This document shows positions 10,711 through 24,600 of a stretch of DNA of 64,000 nucleotides, in pieces (the stretch's first letter is position 1; every line of letters begins with the position of its first letter). Source of the DNA: Macrostomum lignano. Taxonomy: Eukaryota. The notes under the pieces are model-generated. The model did no database searches. It was given only the letters and a program-made list of their open reading frames with translations, and was not told where the DNA came from. The stretch is from NCBI GenBank assembly GCA_002269645.1, contig NIVC01000436.1, forward strand, positions 1 to 64,000, written 5' to 3'. The position numbers and the translations under genes were made by a program.

Positions 10711-13700
10711 ATGGTCAATTATTTGGGTTGCCACTCCTGAATAAATTACAAGATTTGACTTAAGCATCACACATTCATTTTTTGCAAATTACTTGGCGCG
10801 GGCCAAGGTCTTACACTTACAGTGATGGAGTAGTCGAGCAGACTACTAGACTCGTGTCTCTGTCACAGTATAATAAATTGTTTTTTATTTAAAGAAGTTT
10901 TTATAAATAATAAGTTGCAGGAGCAGTTCTGCGCAACAATTGCTCGAGTTACTTGTTAAGTCCTAAGTGTCATTAGGCTTAGCTTAGTTTCTAAGACTGT
11001 AGACAAGTAGGCCTATTTTACCTATTTTTTGTTTTGTAAGGTACCAAATTGCTCTGTAAATAATTAGGTTGTGCAATAAAGGCCTATATCTATTACAGCC
11101 ATAGGCTAGGTAGGCCCTATATATTTTTCCTATAGCCTATCCATATCCATAGGGGCCTATCTAGGCTAGGGCCTAAAATCTCTCTAGGCCTATAAATAGC
11201 TAATTAATTTCCTATAACTTTGTTTTAACAATATGAAATCCAATAACTAGGCCTATATCTAACATAGTTCCTCTATCAGTATAAAATAAAAGCCAGATCT
11301 TTCTATAAATTAAAAAATATTTTTACTTAGGCCTAAAATATTTTTTTAGATAAAGTTAGAGTATATTAGACATTTAGTATAGGTGGATTGTATAAACACC
11401 ATAGTTTGGATTATTTGTTAGGGCCTAGGGCCTAGTGTATGGGTCTAGTGGGAGAAAAATACAGGACCTTGTTTATAGGCTGGGACTAAAAATATGTCAT
11501 TGACATAATGTTTCCAATGTGTCATATATAGTGGGATATACCATAGTGAGATGTATATTGATATATGCTGAAAAATGGCAAGTACCCTTATTGTATGCTA
11601 GGACAGCAGTTCTTAGCCTTTTTTCAGGCAACCCTAATTTATTCACTTGCATCATTTTTATGTTTGTGACCCTCTTTTATAATCAATATAATGCATCATT
11701 AAGTATCAAGTATATTTTTGTTTTATCTCCTTGCTTTAGCAAAGATGTATTTAATAATATCTCAGATAATTAAATTAGTCAATTTAGAATATTTATTTAG
11801 TTGTTTTGACTTTGCTTTCATTTGTTTAATCTATAAAGATTACATTTTATGTTTTTTTTTGACAAAAATAAACACAATTTTCATGATGCAGCAAAATGTA
11901 TTCCTATAGTCGACATGCAATTGGATACCTTTTGAACTTCCTTCTATTGGCAATCATACTAATCAGTTGGATATTTTTGTTCTACGTATCTCGCACAATT
12001 TCTGAAAGATATCTGGAGGAGTCATCGTCTACTGCCTAGACTAGCAATATCTGTCATGCAGTCTTTTCCAACTCTTGAATCTATTAATGAACAAGGACCA
12101 GTATATTATGCCCTGCTAATACCATCAATTTGCTTAGTTTTCTTGCTGTGCTATACCCTTTCCTGGGTTGGTCAAATGTTGTACATTCATAATTGAACCA
12201 ACTTGACTATTTTTAATGGCAAATTGTCTCTCTTGTTTGTGTAATAGGCTCACTTTAAATTTCTGTTTTCAAGTGTCACCTCTGCTTAAACTTCATATAT
12301 AGGTGTTTTTTGTAAGATTGTCAATTTAAGGTTGAAAAAAAGAATTAGCACTATTTAACTCTGGGAATGGCATCTTCAAAGTTTGGGAATTTTAGAAATA
12401 ACACCTAAACAATTTATAATTATTTTAACAAATGCAACCTAAACTGGTTGATTAATAGCCATTTATTGGCCCTCACTACTACTGTTGTGCCAAATAAGGC
12501 AATGTGTCCATTTTTCATGTTGTTTATTTTACCAAATAAAATAATTATTTTATAAATTGTGTTTTAAAAATAGTTGATTTTATTTAATTTTTAATAAAAT
12601 TTTAATTTTAATTTGATATTTTGTTTAATTCCAGTGAGCCTTGTTGATGGTTGGCCCTTAATAGTAAGCATTATTACAGTTGATTACTTGGTACTGCACT
12701 TTGCACTAACATTTAACTTTTTGTTGTTTGCTAAAATGTTCAACTTTTGATCTCCTGCCAATTATATAATTTTTGCATCAATTTCCAGGCTTTTTATTGT
12801 AATGTTCAATTCAGTGTAATTCGCCTGCTTAATAAACAGTATGTTATACTAGAATAATACTTTATTAAAACCAAATAAATATTTATAAATATAGTTTTAT
12901 AAGTTTGTATTTCACAATGCTCAAAATGTACTACTTGCGTTTTTTCACTTTCAAACACACCAAAAAAAGGATAGAAATTCCAAAAATGTCATTTTGAAGA
13001 GTGACATAGGCGAAATTGACCCAATTATGGTGTAGCCTTGTGGTTAAAGTGTCCAACTCCCAACTGTAAGGTCGGTTGTTCCATTCCCGACGCACTTGGG
13101 ACAATTTGTGTCCCTGAGCAAGACACTTAACTCTGCATTGCTTCAGTTCACCCAGCTGGTAAAATGGGTGCCAGCATTAGCTGGGGTAATTGAGGGTGTG
13201 TGTGGCGACGCCTCAGTCCTTGGACTTAACAGCAATCTCTGCGGCTGAGCCCATTAGAACAGGTGTAACAATTGATTAGTCGTTAAAAAATAGAGTTATC
13301 CTTTAATAAGTCTACTGCCTACTACTGTTAAGTAGTGTAGTCAGAGTTCTAACCTTGAAATGTAAAAATTTTGAGGAAAAAATAGTTAATGATTTTTTTA
13401 ATTTTTCTTTGCATTCCAGGCGGAGGTCGAAGAGACATTCAAGCGAATCCAGTCGCATAAAGGCGTCACTGGGGTGATCATTGTCAACTACGATGGGATC
13501 CCGATTCGTAGTACTTTCTCTGATACCAGCCTCACTGTGCAGTACTGCTCCCTGATCCAACAGCTGGCATTGAAGGCCCGGTCTGTTGTCCGGGATCTGG
13601 ATCCCAGCAATGATTTGGTGTTCCTGAGGCTTCGATCGCGTAAAAATGAAATTATGGTGGCTCCTGATCAGGACTATCTACTGGTGGTTGTTCAAGAGCC

Positions 13701-13716
13701 CAGCGACCAGCCTTGA
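10711..13716 (+). CDS. DYNLRB: Dynein light chain roadblock-type (LC7)
   Basis: Exon 13420..13716, after a TTCCAG acceptor, reads [32 protein letters not shown]...[32 protein letters not shown]. The Met must come from an upstream micro-exon; the best candidate is AAATA-ATG|GTCAAT at 10711..10713, which is tentative. Confidence 0.92.
13028..13265 (+). mobile_element. tRNA-derived SINE with a CORE/MIR-like central domain, in the roadblock intron
   Basis: A-box-like GGTGTAGCCTTGTGG and a degenerate B-box GTTCCATTCCC are followed by TGTGTCCCTGAGCAAGACACTTAAC...CTTCAGTTCACCCAGCTGGTAAAATGGG, which resembles the conserved SINE core. The element is a GC-richer island in an AT-rich intron. Confidence 0.6.
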
Positions 13717-14744
13717 ACTGTGTGCTTGACTGCTTGCACTTACTAATGGACTTTTGTTCCTTTCCATTCTGGGATTTTGGAATCTATATTTATGCACATG
13801 TAATATTAATGTCAATTCGGTTAGGGAATTTAGTAAGTGGGCGGTTTAGCGCCTTACATTCTGATTTGCCATTGCCCAACAACTCGTTGAGACATTGTCA
13901 ATGGGGGGAGAGAAGAGAGATGCTGAGCCCTGATCAACACACACTACTTATTGGATTAGTTTAAGTAGTATCTTCCGGGTTTTTACTATATTTTTTATTT
14001 CCATAGAAATGTCGGAATAATTTTGTACTAATTAAACTATCTTATTTTTATTGCCTACGCACACTACTGTATTAGTAGTTTGCCAGTAGTATGTACAGTA
14101 TATGGTTTCAGGTTTTTTGTTTGTGTTTCTAATAATAAAAATCTCTTGATTTTGGTTTCCTTAACTTGGCTTAGTTGAGTCAACTTTCCTGCAGTTCCAA
14201 CATAAAAAATATTCCTGCAGCTTGTAGTGTTTTTTACTATTTATTTTGTTAATTCGGTTGTGCTAATTTCGCACCAATTCAAAAGTGTCAGTTCAACTGT
14301 AAAAGTTAGAGTTTTTAATAAAATCGAAAATTCCTCTTATTATAATTACTATTATTATCGGTAACTGGGCTATTCATCAAGTCCAAAACTTCTTTCAGGG
14401 CAGCTCCTTCCTGACTGCATTTCTTTCTTAGTTTAACAAAGGACTTCCTGCTCTTTAAATTTGAATCGGTTATAGTCATTAAATTGCCAATAAAACTCTG
14501 GGTCCATTGCTACTTGAATCCAACGCAAGTGAAGTTAAAATTACATGCCATATTTCAATGGTATATATTTACAATATAAAATATCACATTTCAATCTTAG
14601 CTAAGCAACTATTACATTAAAAGTGCAAGCACATGTAATAATAACCATTTTGGCCAAAAAACGCGATCAAAATTAATCACACGGTTCAATCTGTAGAGCG
14701 TTGCTCGCGGAAGGACATATGGGATGGCTTGTCTACTTGCATAT

Positions 14745-15330
14745 CTGCCCGACCAGCATGACCCATATTCTATCCATGACCCGACTAGCATGACCCATAT
14801 TCTACCCATGACCCGACTAGCATGACCCATATTCTACCCATGACCCTACTACTAGCATGACCCATATTCTATCCATGACCCGACTAGCATGACCCATATT
14901 CTACCCATGACCCTACTACTAGCATGACCCATATTCTACCCATGACCCGACTAGCATGACACATATTCTACCCATGACCCGACTAGCATGACCCGTATTC
15001 TACCCATGACCCGACTAGCATGAGCCATATTCTACCCATGACCCTATTACTAGCATGACCTATATCTCCCATGACCCGACTATACCATGACCAATATTCT
15101 ACCCATGACTCGACTAGAATATGACCCATATTCTACCCATGACCCAACTAGCATGACCCATATTCTACCCATGACCCGACTATAGCATGACCCTTATTCT
15201 ACCCATGACCCGACTATAACATGACCCATATTCTACCCATGATCCTACTACTAGCATGACCTATATCTCCCATGACCCGACTATAGCATGACCCATACTC
15301 TACCCATGACCCGACTAGAATGACCTATAT
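14745..15330. repeat. ~32-bp minisatellite CATGACCCATATTCTACCCATGACCCGACTAG
   Basis: Tandem copies between the convergent 3' ends of roadblock and the GT31 gene. Confidence 0.93.
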
Positions 15331-15524
15331 GAAAAAATTATCATGATTTCAATGCCACCCATGACCCAAATATCCTCAATGACCCGAAGTTTACTCATGC
15401 GACTCATTCTAATCTGGTCCGCTATCAAGACCTGTAGACATTGATTGTAGACATTGTAGACATTGCACATCAACAAGGGCGACATTTCAACAGCTTAATA
15501 AACTATTAGCCAAAATCCGCATCA

Positions 15525-18500
15525 TTAATTGCAGTGCACTCGCATCAAACTCTGCCAATCTTGCAGCAATCTAGCCGGCCCGGTATCGCGACCTTCCGGC
15601 TTCAATCCGTAGCCATGCTTGGCCAATAATGGCTGCTGCGGGTTTAGCTTAGCAACTTGGCCCAAATCCAGCAGTTCAGTCAGGCAGACCAGCGTTAATC
15701 TCAGCTTAGCGGCCAACAAGCCCAAGTAGACATCGTCGAATGGCAGTCTAGGTTTAACTCGATTAGCCGCCCATAGCAACCGATTCAATAGTCGGCTAGG
15801 CATGACTAGCCAACCTGCCGATATGTAGTCGGGATAGGTTTCTGGGGAATAATCTGATCGATTGATTGACCACTTGTGGTCCGGAGTTCGAATCGGAATT
15901 GAATTGGAGATGCAATTTCCTGCTAGAAAGTTTTCTTGGCCGTTTCTTGAGACTGCGGCAGCGACGCTGCTTAACAGGGGGCCGGCTGCGAATGGGTTCA
16001 TTAAAGGTCATCGTCTGATAGAAGCACGAGCCGGTGGGATGAGCCTGCCTGGGGAAGGTGGCGGCTGGCCCAGACTAAACTGGAGAGCGTCTTGACCGTG
16101 TTGTTCCTGTATGAGGGAATGGGGCTGGAGCTTATGTGCTGATTAGTGAGAATCATTTAGTCATGATGATTATTGAGAATCATTTAGTGATGATGATTAT
16201 TGAGAATCATTTAGTGAAATGATTATTGAGAATCATTTAGTGATAATGATTATTGAGAATCATTTAGTGATAATGATTATTGAGAATCATTTAGTGATGA
16301 TTATTGAGAATCATTTAGTGATGATGATTATGGAGAATCATTTAGTCATTATTTTTTGAGAATCATTTAGTCATGATGATTATGGAGAATCATTTAGTGA
16401 TAATGATTACTGAGAATCGACATTTAGTCATGATGATTATGGAGAATCATTTAGTCATGATTATTGAGAATCATTTAGTGATGATGATTATTGAGAACCA
16501 TTTAGTCATGATGATTATTGAGAATCATTTTAGTCATGATGATTATTGAGAATCATTTAGTGATAATGATTATTGAGAATCATTTTAGTCATGATGATTA
16601 TAGAGAATCATTTAGTCATGATGATTATTGAGAATCATTTTAGTCATGATGATTATAGAGAATCATTTTAGTCATGATGATTATTAAGAATCATTTTAGT
16701 CATGATGATTATTGAGAATCATTTAGTCATGATGATTATTGAGAATCATTTAGTGATGATGATTATTGAGAATCATTTAGTCATGATGATTATGGAGAAT
16801 CATTTAGTCATGATGATTATTGAGAATCATTTAGTGATGATGATTATTGAGAATCATTTAGTGATAATGATTATTGAGAATCATTTAGTGATAATGATTA
16901 TTGAGAATCATCTAGTGATAATGATTATTGAGAATCATCTAGTGATAATGATTATTGAGAATCATATAGTGATGATGATTATTGAGAATCATTTTAGTCA
17001 TGATGATTATTGAGAATCATTTAGTGATGATTATTGAGAATCATTTAGTGATGATGATTATTGAGAATCATTTAGCGATGATGATTATTGAGAATAATTT
17101 AGTGATGATGATTATTGAGAATCATTTAGTGATAATGATTATTGAGAATCATTTTAGTCAAGATGATTAATGAGAATCATTTAGTGATGATGATTATTGA
17201 GAATCATTTAGTGATAATGATTATTGAGAATCATTTTAGTCATGATGATTATAGAGAATCATTTAGTCATGATGATTATTGAGAATCATTTTAGTCATGA
17301 TGATTATAGAGAATCATTTAGTCATGATGATTATTGAGAATCATTTTAGTCATGATGATTATAGAGAATCATTTTAGTCATGATGATTATTAAGAATCAT
17401 TTTAGTCATGATGATTATTGAGAATCATTTAGTCATGATGATTATGGAGAATCATTTAGTCATGATGATTATTGAGAATCATTTAGTGATGATGATTATT
17501 GAGAATCATTTAGTGATAATGATTATTGAGAATCATTTAGTGATAATGATTATTGAGAATCATTTTAGTCATGATGATTATAGAGAATCATTTAGTCATG
17601 ATGATTATTGAGAATCATTTTAGTCATGATGATTATAGAGAATCATTTAGTCATGATGATTATTGAGAATCATTTTAGTCATGATGATTATAGAGAATCA
17701 TTTTAGTCATGATGATTATTAAGAATCATTTTAGTCATGATGATTATTGAGAATCATTTAGTCATGATGATTATGGAGAATCATTTAGCGATGATGATTA
17801 TTGAGAATAATTTAGTGATGATGATTATTGAGAATCATTTAGTGATAATGATTATTGAGAATCATTTTAGTCAAGATGATTAATGAGAATCATTTAGTGA
17901 TGATGATTATTGAGAATCATTTAGTGATGATTATTGAGAATCATTTAGTCATGATGATTTTTGAGAATCATTTAGTCATGATGATTTTTGAGAACCATTA
18001 GCCATGATTATTGTGAATATGATTTAGCGAAATCACTCACCTGTACCCGTCGCCTCCACCGTGAACGATGACATCGCCAAACTGCCGACACTCCTCCAGC
18101 AGCTGCGTCATGACTTCGGCCTTATCTGGCGATCCGACAGTGAACCTCAATAGGGTGCCTTCAGGCCAAAACTGCGGATTGCCCCATGTTGTTCGAATCG
18201 CTCTTCTAGAGGCAAAGTTGCCTATTGCAGATTTCACTATGATCACTAGGCTGATAGCGATGGAGTCTGAAGGAGTTGCCGTGCTCAGTGGCACAGCTGG
18301 AACCGGGAACTGGGCTGTGTATAAGTCTTGGAGGACTCCTTGATGCCGACTGGAACCTCTGCGAACTTTTAGCTGGGACCTGCTGGAAATCGGTGGTGTT
18401 AATGACTTGCTTTTTGGTGTTACAGAACTGTCACTCCCGTGAATCTGTGTGCTACAGAACTGTGTCACTCCCATGAATCTGTGTGCTACAGAACTGTGTC

Positions 18501-19181
18501 ACTCCTGAGAATCTGTGTGCTACAGAACTGTGTCACTCTCTTGAATCTGTGTGCTACAGAACTGTGTCACTCTCTTGAATCTGTGTGCTACAGAACTGTG
18601 TCACTCCCGTGAATCTGTGTGCTACAGAACTGTGTCACTCCCGTGAATCTGTGTGCTACAGAACTGTGTCACTCCCGTGAATCTGTGTGCTACAAAACTG
18701 TGTCACTCCCGTGAATCTGTGTGCTACAGAACTGTGTCACTCCCGTGAATCTGTGTGCTACAGAACTGTGTCACTCCCGTGAATCTGTGTGCTACAGAAC
18801 TGTGTCACTCCCGTGAATCTGTGTGCTACAGAACTGAGTCACTCTCTCTTGTTAGACAATTCTGTCACCTCTTCCATAACTAGACTGTCACAGACTGCTG
18901 TCACTCTCAGTGTCAAAAACAATAAATTTAAGCCAACAAAGAACGCACCAAGTCAGCTGACTCGGTGGCACCAACGGCGGCAAAATCCACGGATCAGCTG
19001 GCCGAATCCTTGGCCAGCTTCGCCAAGGTCTCCGCAATGATGACGTCATCACTGGCTGACATTTGAAGTGCTCTCCATAATAGGCATAGCGCCTGAGACC
19101 TGTTCGCAGACAGCAGATTAAAGTTACAACCAAGCAGACAGCGGCTAAGATCAATCGTTTGCGAAAACGCATGAATTTCAT
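15525..19181 (-). CDS. Glycosyltransferase family 31 (beta-1,3-galactosyltransferase-like), 3 exons, one homopolymer frameshift
   Basis: Model complement(join(15525..16106,18041..18382,18949..19181)). It has an N-terminal signal anchor, IVKSAIGNFASRRAIRTTWG, NNTVKT, LSDDD (DxD), YPDYISAG and PFDDVYLG. There is a -1 break at ~16003-16005 (GAC CTT TAA instead of GAC CTT TTA ATG). Confidence 0.88.
16145..18020. repeat. 27-bp minisatellite GAGAATCATTTAGTCATGATGATTATT filling GT31 intron 2
   Basis: About 65-70 copies inside intron 16107..18040. Confidence 0.97.
18410..18845. repeat. 34-bp minisatellite GTGAATCTGTGTGCTACAGAACTGTGTCACTCCC filling GT31 intron 1
   Basis: About 12 copies inside intron 18383..18948. 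Confidence 0.97.
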
Positions 19182-20764
19182 TTCTTAGAATTATAGAAGA
19201 TAAAATTTTAGCTTTCAGATCTGAGCGGAGCACAATCATAGTCTACAGTTTAAAAGTAGGTGTGATACTACCCTCGTGTGTTCTCTGTCAGCCTCTCTTT
19301 AATTGGCTTTCATCCAGCAGGCAGCTTAATTTGCAGGCTTAGATAAATTAAAGTTAGCTGTCAAGCGAAATGCGCGCAAACGCACAAACCGCACAACAAA
19401 AGCTTCTCTGCTTTCTCACAGCTTGTATGGTGTAAATTCTCATATTCGGTCTAAATATGAGCCAGAGTATAATTTTAGCTATGGATAGAGGCTAATAAGA
19501 TGCGCTTAAGAGAAGTTTCCAAATAACGCGGCACCTCAAGCCCGCAACTTCACGGTGGGCAGGACAGGACTTATAAAAGACAATTAATCTGTAAATTTTG
19601 TCTTCTTTTTCGAATAAAATCCGATCGGTCTACTAATAGTAGAGTTCTAGCAACTTCGAAGTAAAAAGAATAATTGCGGATGAATTAGCTTTCTCAGAAA
19701 TTATCTGGAGGTCTGGAGATCGTTAAGGAAGGCGCAATTGTTGTATCTCTTGCGCTAAATTTGTTGGTTTCGCCCACAGATACTATAATAACTAAATAGG
19801 CCACTCAGCACAATTGCGTGTAAGCTACTTTCAGTTTCAGTAGTAAGTTAAACAGAAGCATTTTAATGTATTTTAAAGCCAAGGCTCATTTATTGGGTCT
19901 TGCCCCCCGCTTAAACCCTCCCTCCTAGTCCGCGACTTTACACACTACCCCCCACCCCAATTTTTATTTCCTTTCTCGGAATTCCAGCCTAAAGTTGCCA
20001 TGTACATTTCAGTGGACTGGCTAATGTACATTAGTGCTGAACCAATTAACAAGTTGCTTACGCCTGCAAGCTTGGGCTTCTAAACTTATCAGAAGTCATT
20101 TCAGATTCAGCTGCCTTTTTTATAAAATAGGTTATGTATTCTTCTTTGCTACTGAACTGAAAGTAGAAAACTGTTTTACTAAGTATATATGCCTGAGTGG
20201 CCCATCTAGTCATTTTAGTATCTGTGGTTTCGCCATAGACAACTTCGAACAAGGAAAATCCACAGATATATAGTATCTGTGGCAAAATCTGAATCTATTT
20301 CTCAAGACCATAGTAAATGCATAAGCGTTCTTTATTGGCTCTTGTAGGTTCTTTATAATCCTAAAAAGTACATGCTTCACCTGTACTTATAAGGGATCAA
20401 AGCTCTTTTCAATTTGTGTTTAGGATTTTTAAACTACGTTTTTTACAGACGAGTGAAAAGAACCAAATGCAAGCGCTTTATTCTTGTGTGTGTGGATCTT
20501 TGCATGAATTCCTGTCTCCATTTTCATGGCTTCGTTAAAGCACTCATCAATGTCACTCAGTCAGTCAGGTGTGCAAGAATCATCTATCCCATTTTTTTGG
20601 GATGGAACCACTTCCTAGTTACCTTGATCGTGTTTCGACTAATCTGCACTACTGGGTCATGACTTTGATTTATTTGGTGAGGTAAAATTACCCATATTAG
20701 CTAGGCCTGTCTACCTGACCCAAATAGGGGAGTTGAGAGAGAAGAAAGTTCGCCTAGCATGATC

Positions 20765-21125
20765 TTTGGGATCGGGTTTAGGTTAGACAGGCCTTCTAGC
20801 TTCTGTCTAGAAGGTTTGGGATCGGGTTTAGGTTAGACAGGCCTTCTAGCTTCTGTCTATAGCCCATGCCGACTGACTGGTGCAGCTGCTACTCAAACTG
20901 GCACATTTGACACTCAAACTGGCACATTTGACACTCAAACTGGCACATCTGACACTCAAACTGGCACATTTGACACTCAAACTGGCACATTTGACACTCA
21001 AACTGGCACATCTGACACTCAAACTGGCACATTTGACACTCAAACTGGCACATTTGACACTCAAACTGGCACATTTGACACTCAAACTGGCGCATCTGAC
21101 TCTCAAAATGGCGCATCTGACACTC
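20765..21125. repeat. 51-bp direct duplication followed by a 21-bp minisatellite CTCAAACTGGCACATTTGACA
   Basis: Duplicate copies at 20765 and 20816; the 21-mer array spans ~20890-21125. Confidence 0.9.
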
Positions 21126-21685
21126 TAAACCAAGAGGTTTGTCGTCTATCAAATTTTAAACCCAATCGGTTACTCATACTAATGAGTATGTATTATAAAT
21201 AGTATTAGAACCATACTACAGAATGGCACTCACATCAGTTGATTTCAGCCCGCTAAGCTCCGAAATAACGTATGAAAATCAAATTTTATTATTTAATCTT
21301 GTTTTAACCGACCGACTGAAATCTGTCCCTGATCGCCGCTGTAAGGTGTGGGGTTGGCTGGGTCTTATGCTTAAGCCAATGAGCTGGCTTAACAAAATAT
21401 GGAATATTAATCTATAAAGTATAGTAATCGTTTTTCTCTATTCCCTATTGTTTCAAGCTATTTGAGTGGCTCGCAGAAAAAGAGCCAACCGACTAGCAGT
21501 GCAGCCACCCCGCCCCCCCCATAGGGCATCCCTCTCTAGCCAAGCAGACTTCCCTTAGTTTATATAACATGCCAACTGGTGATCCCAGTTATAGCTTCGG
21601 TCGAGCGCAATTCATTTTTTTTACCGCTGTGGAAAAGCAAAATTTGAAGAAGTGTACGCGCAGTTCTTTACAGGCTTGAGCAGTC

Positions 21686-24600
21686 ATGATTAGTGCTAGT
21701 AGCAGCAATAGGCGGTCTGCGGTTCAGCCACGGGCTACAGTTCTGGTGACCGGCGGCAGCGGTTTTCTAGGAAAGAAGCTGATTAAACAACTGGCGAGCT
21801 GCTCGGAGGTGGCTGTTATTATTGCACTGGATATTCGGCCCCTGCCCGCTGGCTTCTGTCTGGATGGTACCGGTTAGTGTGATTAATTAGGACCGGTGTC
21901 TAACAGGTTTCTAACAGGTGTCTAACAGGTGTCTGACACATGTCTAACACGTGTCTAACAGGTGTCTAACACGTGTCTAACAGGTGTCTGACAGGTGTTA
22001 ACACGTGTCTAACAGGTGTCTAACAGGTATCTAATAGGTGTCTAACAGGTATCTTATCAATGTCTAACAAGTGTCTATTCCGAGTCTAAAACAGTTATCT
22101 AATAGGTCTCTAACAGGTGTCTAACAAGTCTCTAACAGGTGTCTAACAAGTGTCTAACAGGTGTCTAACAGGTGTCTAATAAGTGTCTAACACGTATCTA
22201 ATAGGTGTCTAACAGGTATCTAATCAATGTCTAACAAGTGTATAATTCGAGTCTAAAACAGTTATCTAATAGGACTCTAACAGGTGTCTAACACGTGTCT
22301 AACAGGTGTCTAACAGGTGTCTAATAAGTGTCTAACAGGTATCTAATAGGTGTCTAATCAATGTCTAACAAGTGTATAATCCGAGTCTAATAAAGTTATT
22401 TAATAGGTGTCTAACAGTTATCTAATAATTGTTTAACAGGTATCTAACAAGCTCCTAATAGATATCTAAAATGTTTCTGGCAGGTGTATTACAAGCGTCT
22501 AACATGATGTTCAACAGGTTTCCTAACAGATGTTTTAGCTGATGCCCAGCACGTGTTTTTAACAGGCGTCTAACAGGTGAAAAATAGGTGTCCTACCGGT
22601 TTTTAACAGGTTTGTCTAAATGGCATTTAACAGGTGTCTAAGAGGTGTCTAAATGGTATCTAACAGGTATCTAATGGTATCTAACAGGTGTGTAAAAGGC
22701 GTCTAAAAAGGGCTAACTGCCCTTGTAAAACCGGCATTTTTAATTAAACACCACTACAATTGTTTAGTAAACGACGGCTGATTAAAACGCTACGCATAAA
22801 AACGTTTGCAGACGGTTCCACCGCACTTCGATTTGTATCGGCTGACGTCACTGACAAGGCACAACTGGTGCCGGCCTTTCGCAATGTCGACTGCGTTATT
22901 CACACTGCCGCTCTGATAGAGTTGGGACTCTACCCGGATGTGGTCCGAATGAATGACGTTAACATTTTGGGTGAGCTTGTCATCAGAGCATTGAATTGGA
23001 CTTGGTCTTTGACCTGAATTAGAAGAGAGAGAGAGAGAAGGTTTAGAATAGAGTAGAGTAGGGGATGTAGAGGGTAGATTAGGTTAGATTATGGTAGGTT
23101 AGAGAGTAGAGTATGTACTAAGTTGGGTAGGGTAGAGTAGAGTTGAGTTGAGTACAGCTGAGTGGAGCTATGTAAAACTGTTACATTAGAATTTAGCTGC
23201 AGAGTATTTTAGCGCTAGTGCATTCAGCAAGGGAGACATATTCGACACTACAGACAGTATCTTAGATCTATTGTTGAATTCATTCGGAAATATCTCAAAG
23301 TCCCCACCCTCCGCCTCCAGTTTTCTATGTGAGTAGCCTGATAGCGAAATCAATAAATAAGGATATCGATGCGTATCCCCTACTCAACGCCTTCAATAGA
23401 AACCTCTCCCTGTTTAACATTCTTTCTCTCTGGACGCCACATGGAGTGGACGCACAATTAAGTGCAGTGGGACTTGCTCTCGCTCTCGTTCTCTCTAAAA
23501 CAGGACCAGATCGAACCCGCATCTGTAATAGATCCCCCCTCCCCTAGTAGATGACAGCTGGTTTACTTTTTCTAATTTTGCTCGTAGACACTATCACTCC
23601 CTCACTGCTCTCCTCCCCTGACGACTGTCCTCTGCCGCTCCCGACAGAGTACCGCAAGTTTTTTAACCATGCAGTACACAAAATAAAGAAATAAAAAACT
23701 ATTAGCAACTATATGCTACTAAGCATTGTTGGGGGTAGATTTTAATGCGTACAATACATTAGAACTTGCGTCAGGGATCGGTTCCTATTTAGTAAATTAG
23801 ACTAGCAATCTGCGCCCCCCACAGGGGAGAAGGCAAAAATACGATTTCAGTTTTGCTATAAACCCAATAAATCAAGTATAGCTAAAAAAATTTGCCATCA
23901 TTACAAACCAATTGTACTTGAAGAATTCAGGTAAAGAAATAAGCAAACCTTTGATTAGTCAATGTCGGTGGAACGTGGGGTGGGTTAAAAATGAAAATCG
24001 TATAGTATTTCCCGCGGAAGTCAGATCTCTTTAGTGCTTGGGCTTGGAGTGAGGTGGTTTGGTAGAGGCCTCGTGCAAGGAGTAGGGTGGGGGCCTCAAC
24101 GTACATAACTAATGTCAGCCAATGAGCATTGAGGAAGTCTTCAAAGCCTACGGTTTGGAGTGAGGGGGGTTTGGGTCACTCGCTTGCCAGCCAATAGAAA
24201 TCGAGGAAGTTTCTAGCCTGCGCACTCAACCCCCCTTACAGGCACGCAAAACGTCATAGACGCCTGCCGCGAGTGTCGTGTGCCAAATCTAATCTTCACC
24301 AGCACATCGGAGCTCGGCCGCTGCTACAAACCTGTCGAGGGCTTCACCGAGGCCGACATCGACGCCACCGAAGGCAGCGGCAAAGGCGAGGTGGACCTGT
24401 TAAATGGCTACGCCACTAGCAAACGTTTAGCCGAACGCTCCGTACTGGACGCCAATTGTTCCAGTATCGGCGGCGACAACAACAACAGCCGGCCATTGTG
24501 CACTTTAATAATCCGACCCGTTGGCATCTACGGCGAAGGCGATCTGAAATTTATACCAACGTTTATTCGAGCCGGGAAGCGTTTCTTCGGCCTGATGCCG

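Noticed and set aside
13028-13100. Functional tRNA gene
   Set aside because: The B-box is degenerate, I could not fold a convincing cloverleaf, and it continues into a SINE-like core.
840-19181. Programmed ribosomal frameshifting in p38 and GT31
   Set aside because: The indels have mixed signs, lack slippery heptamer plus stimulator context, and all fall in short homopolymers, so assembly error or pseudogenisation is simpler.
24115-24212. Duplicated CAGCCAAT...GAGGAAGT motif in 3beta-HSD intron 2 as an alternative promoter
   Set aside because: Only two short copies and no independent evidence of an internal start.
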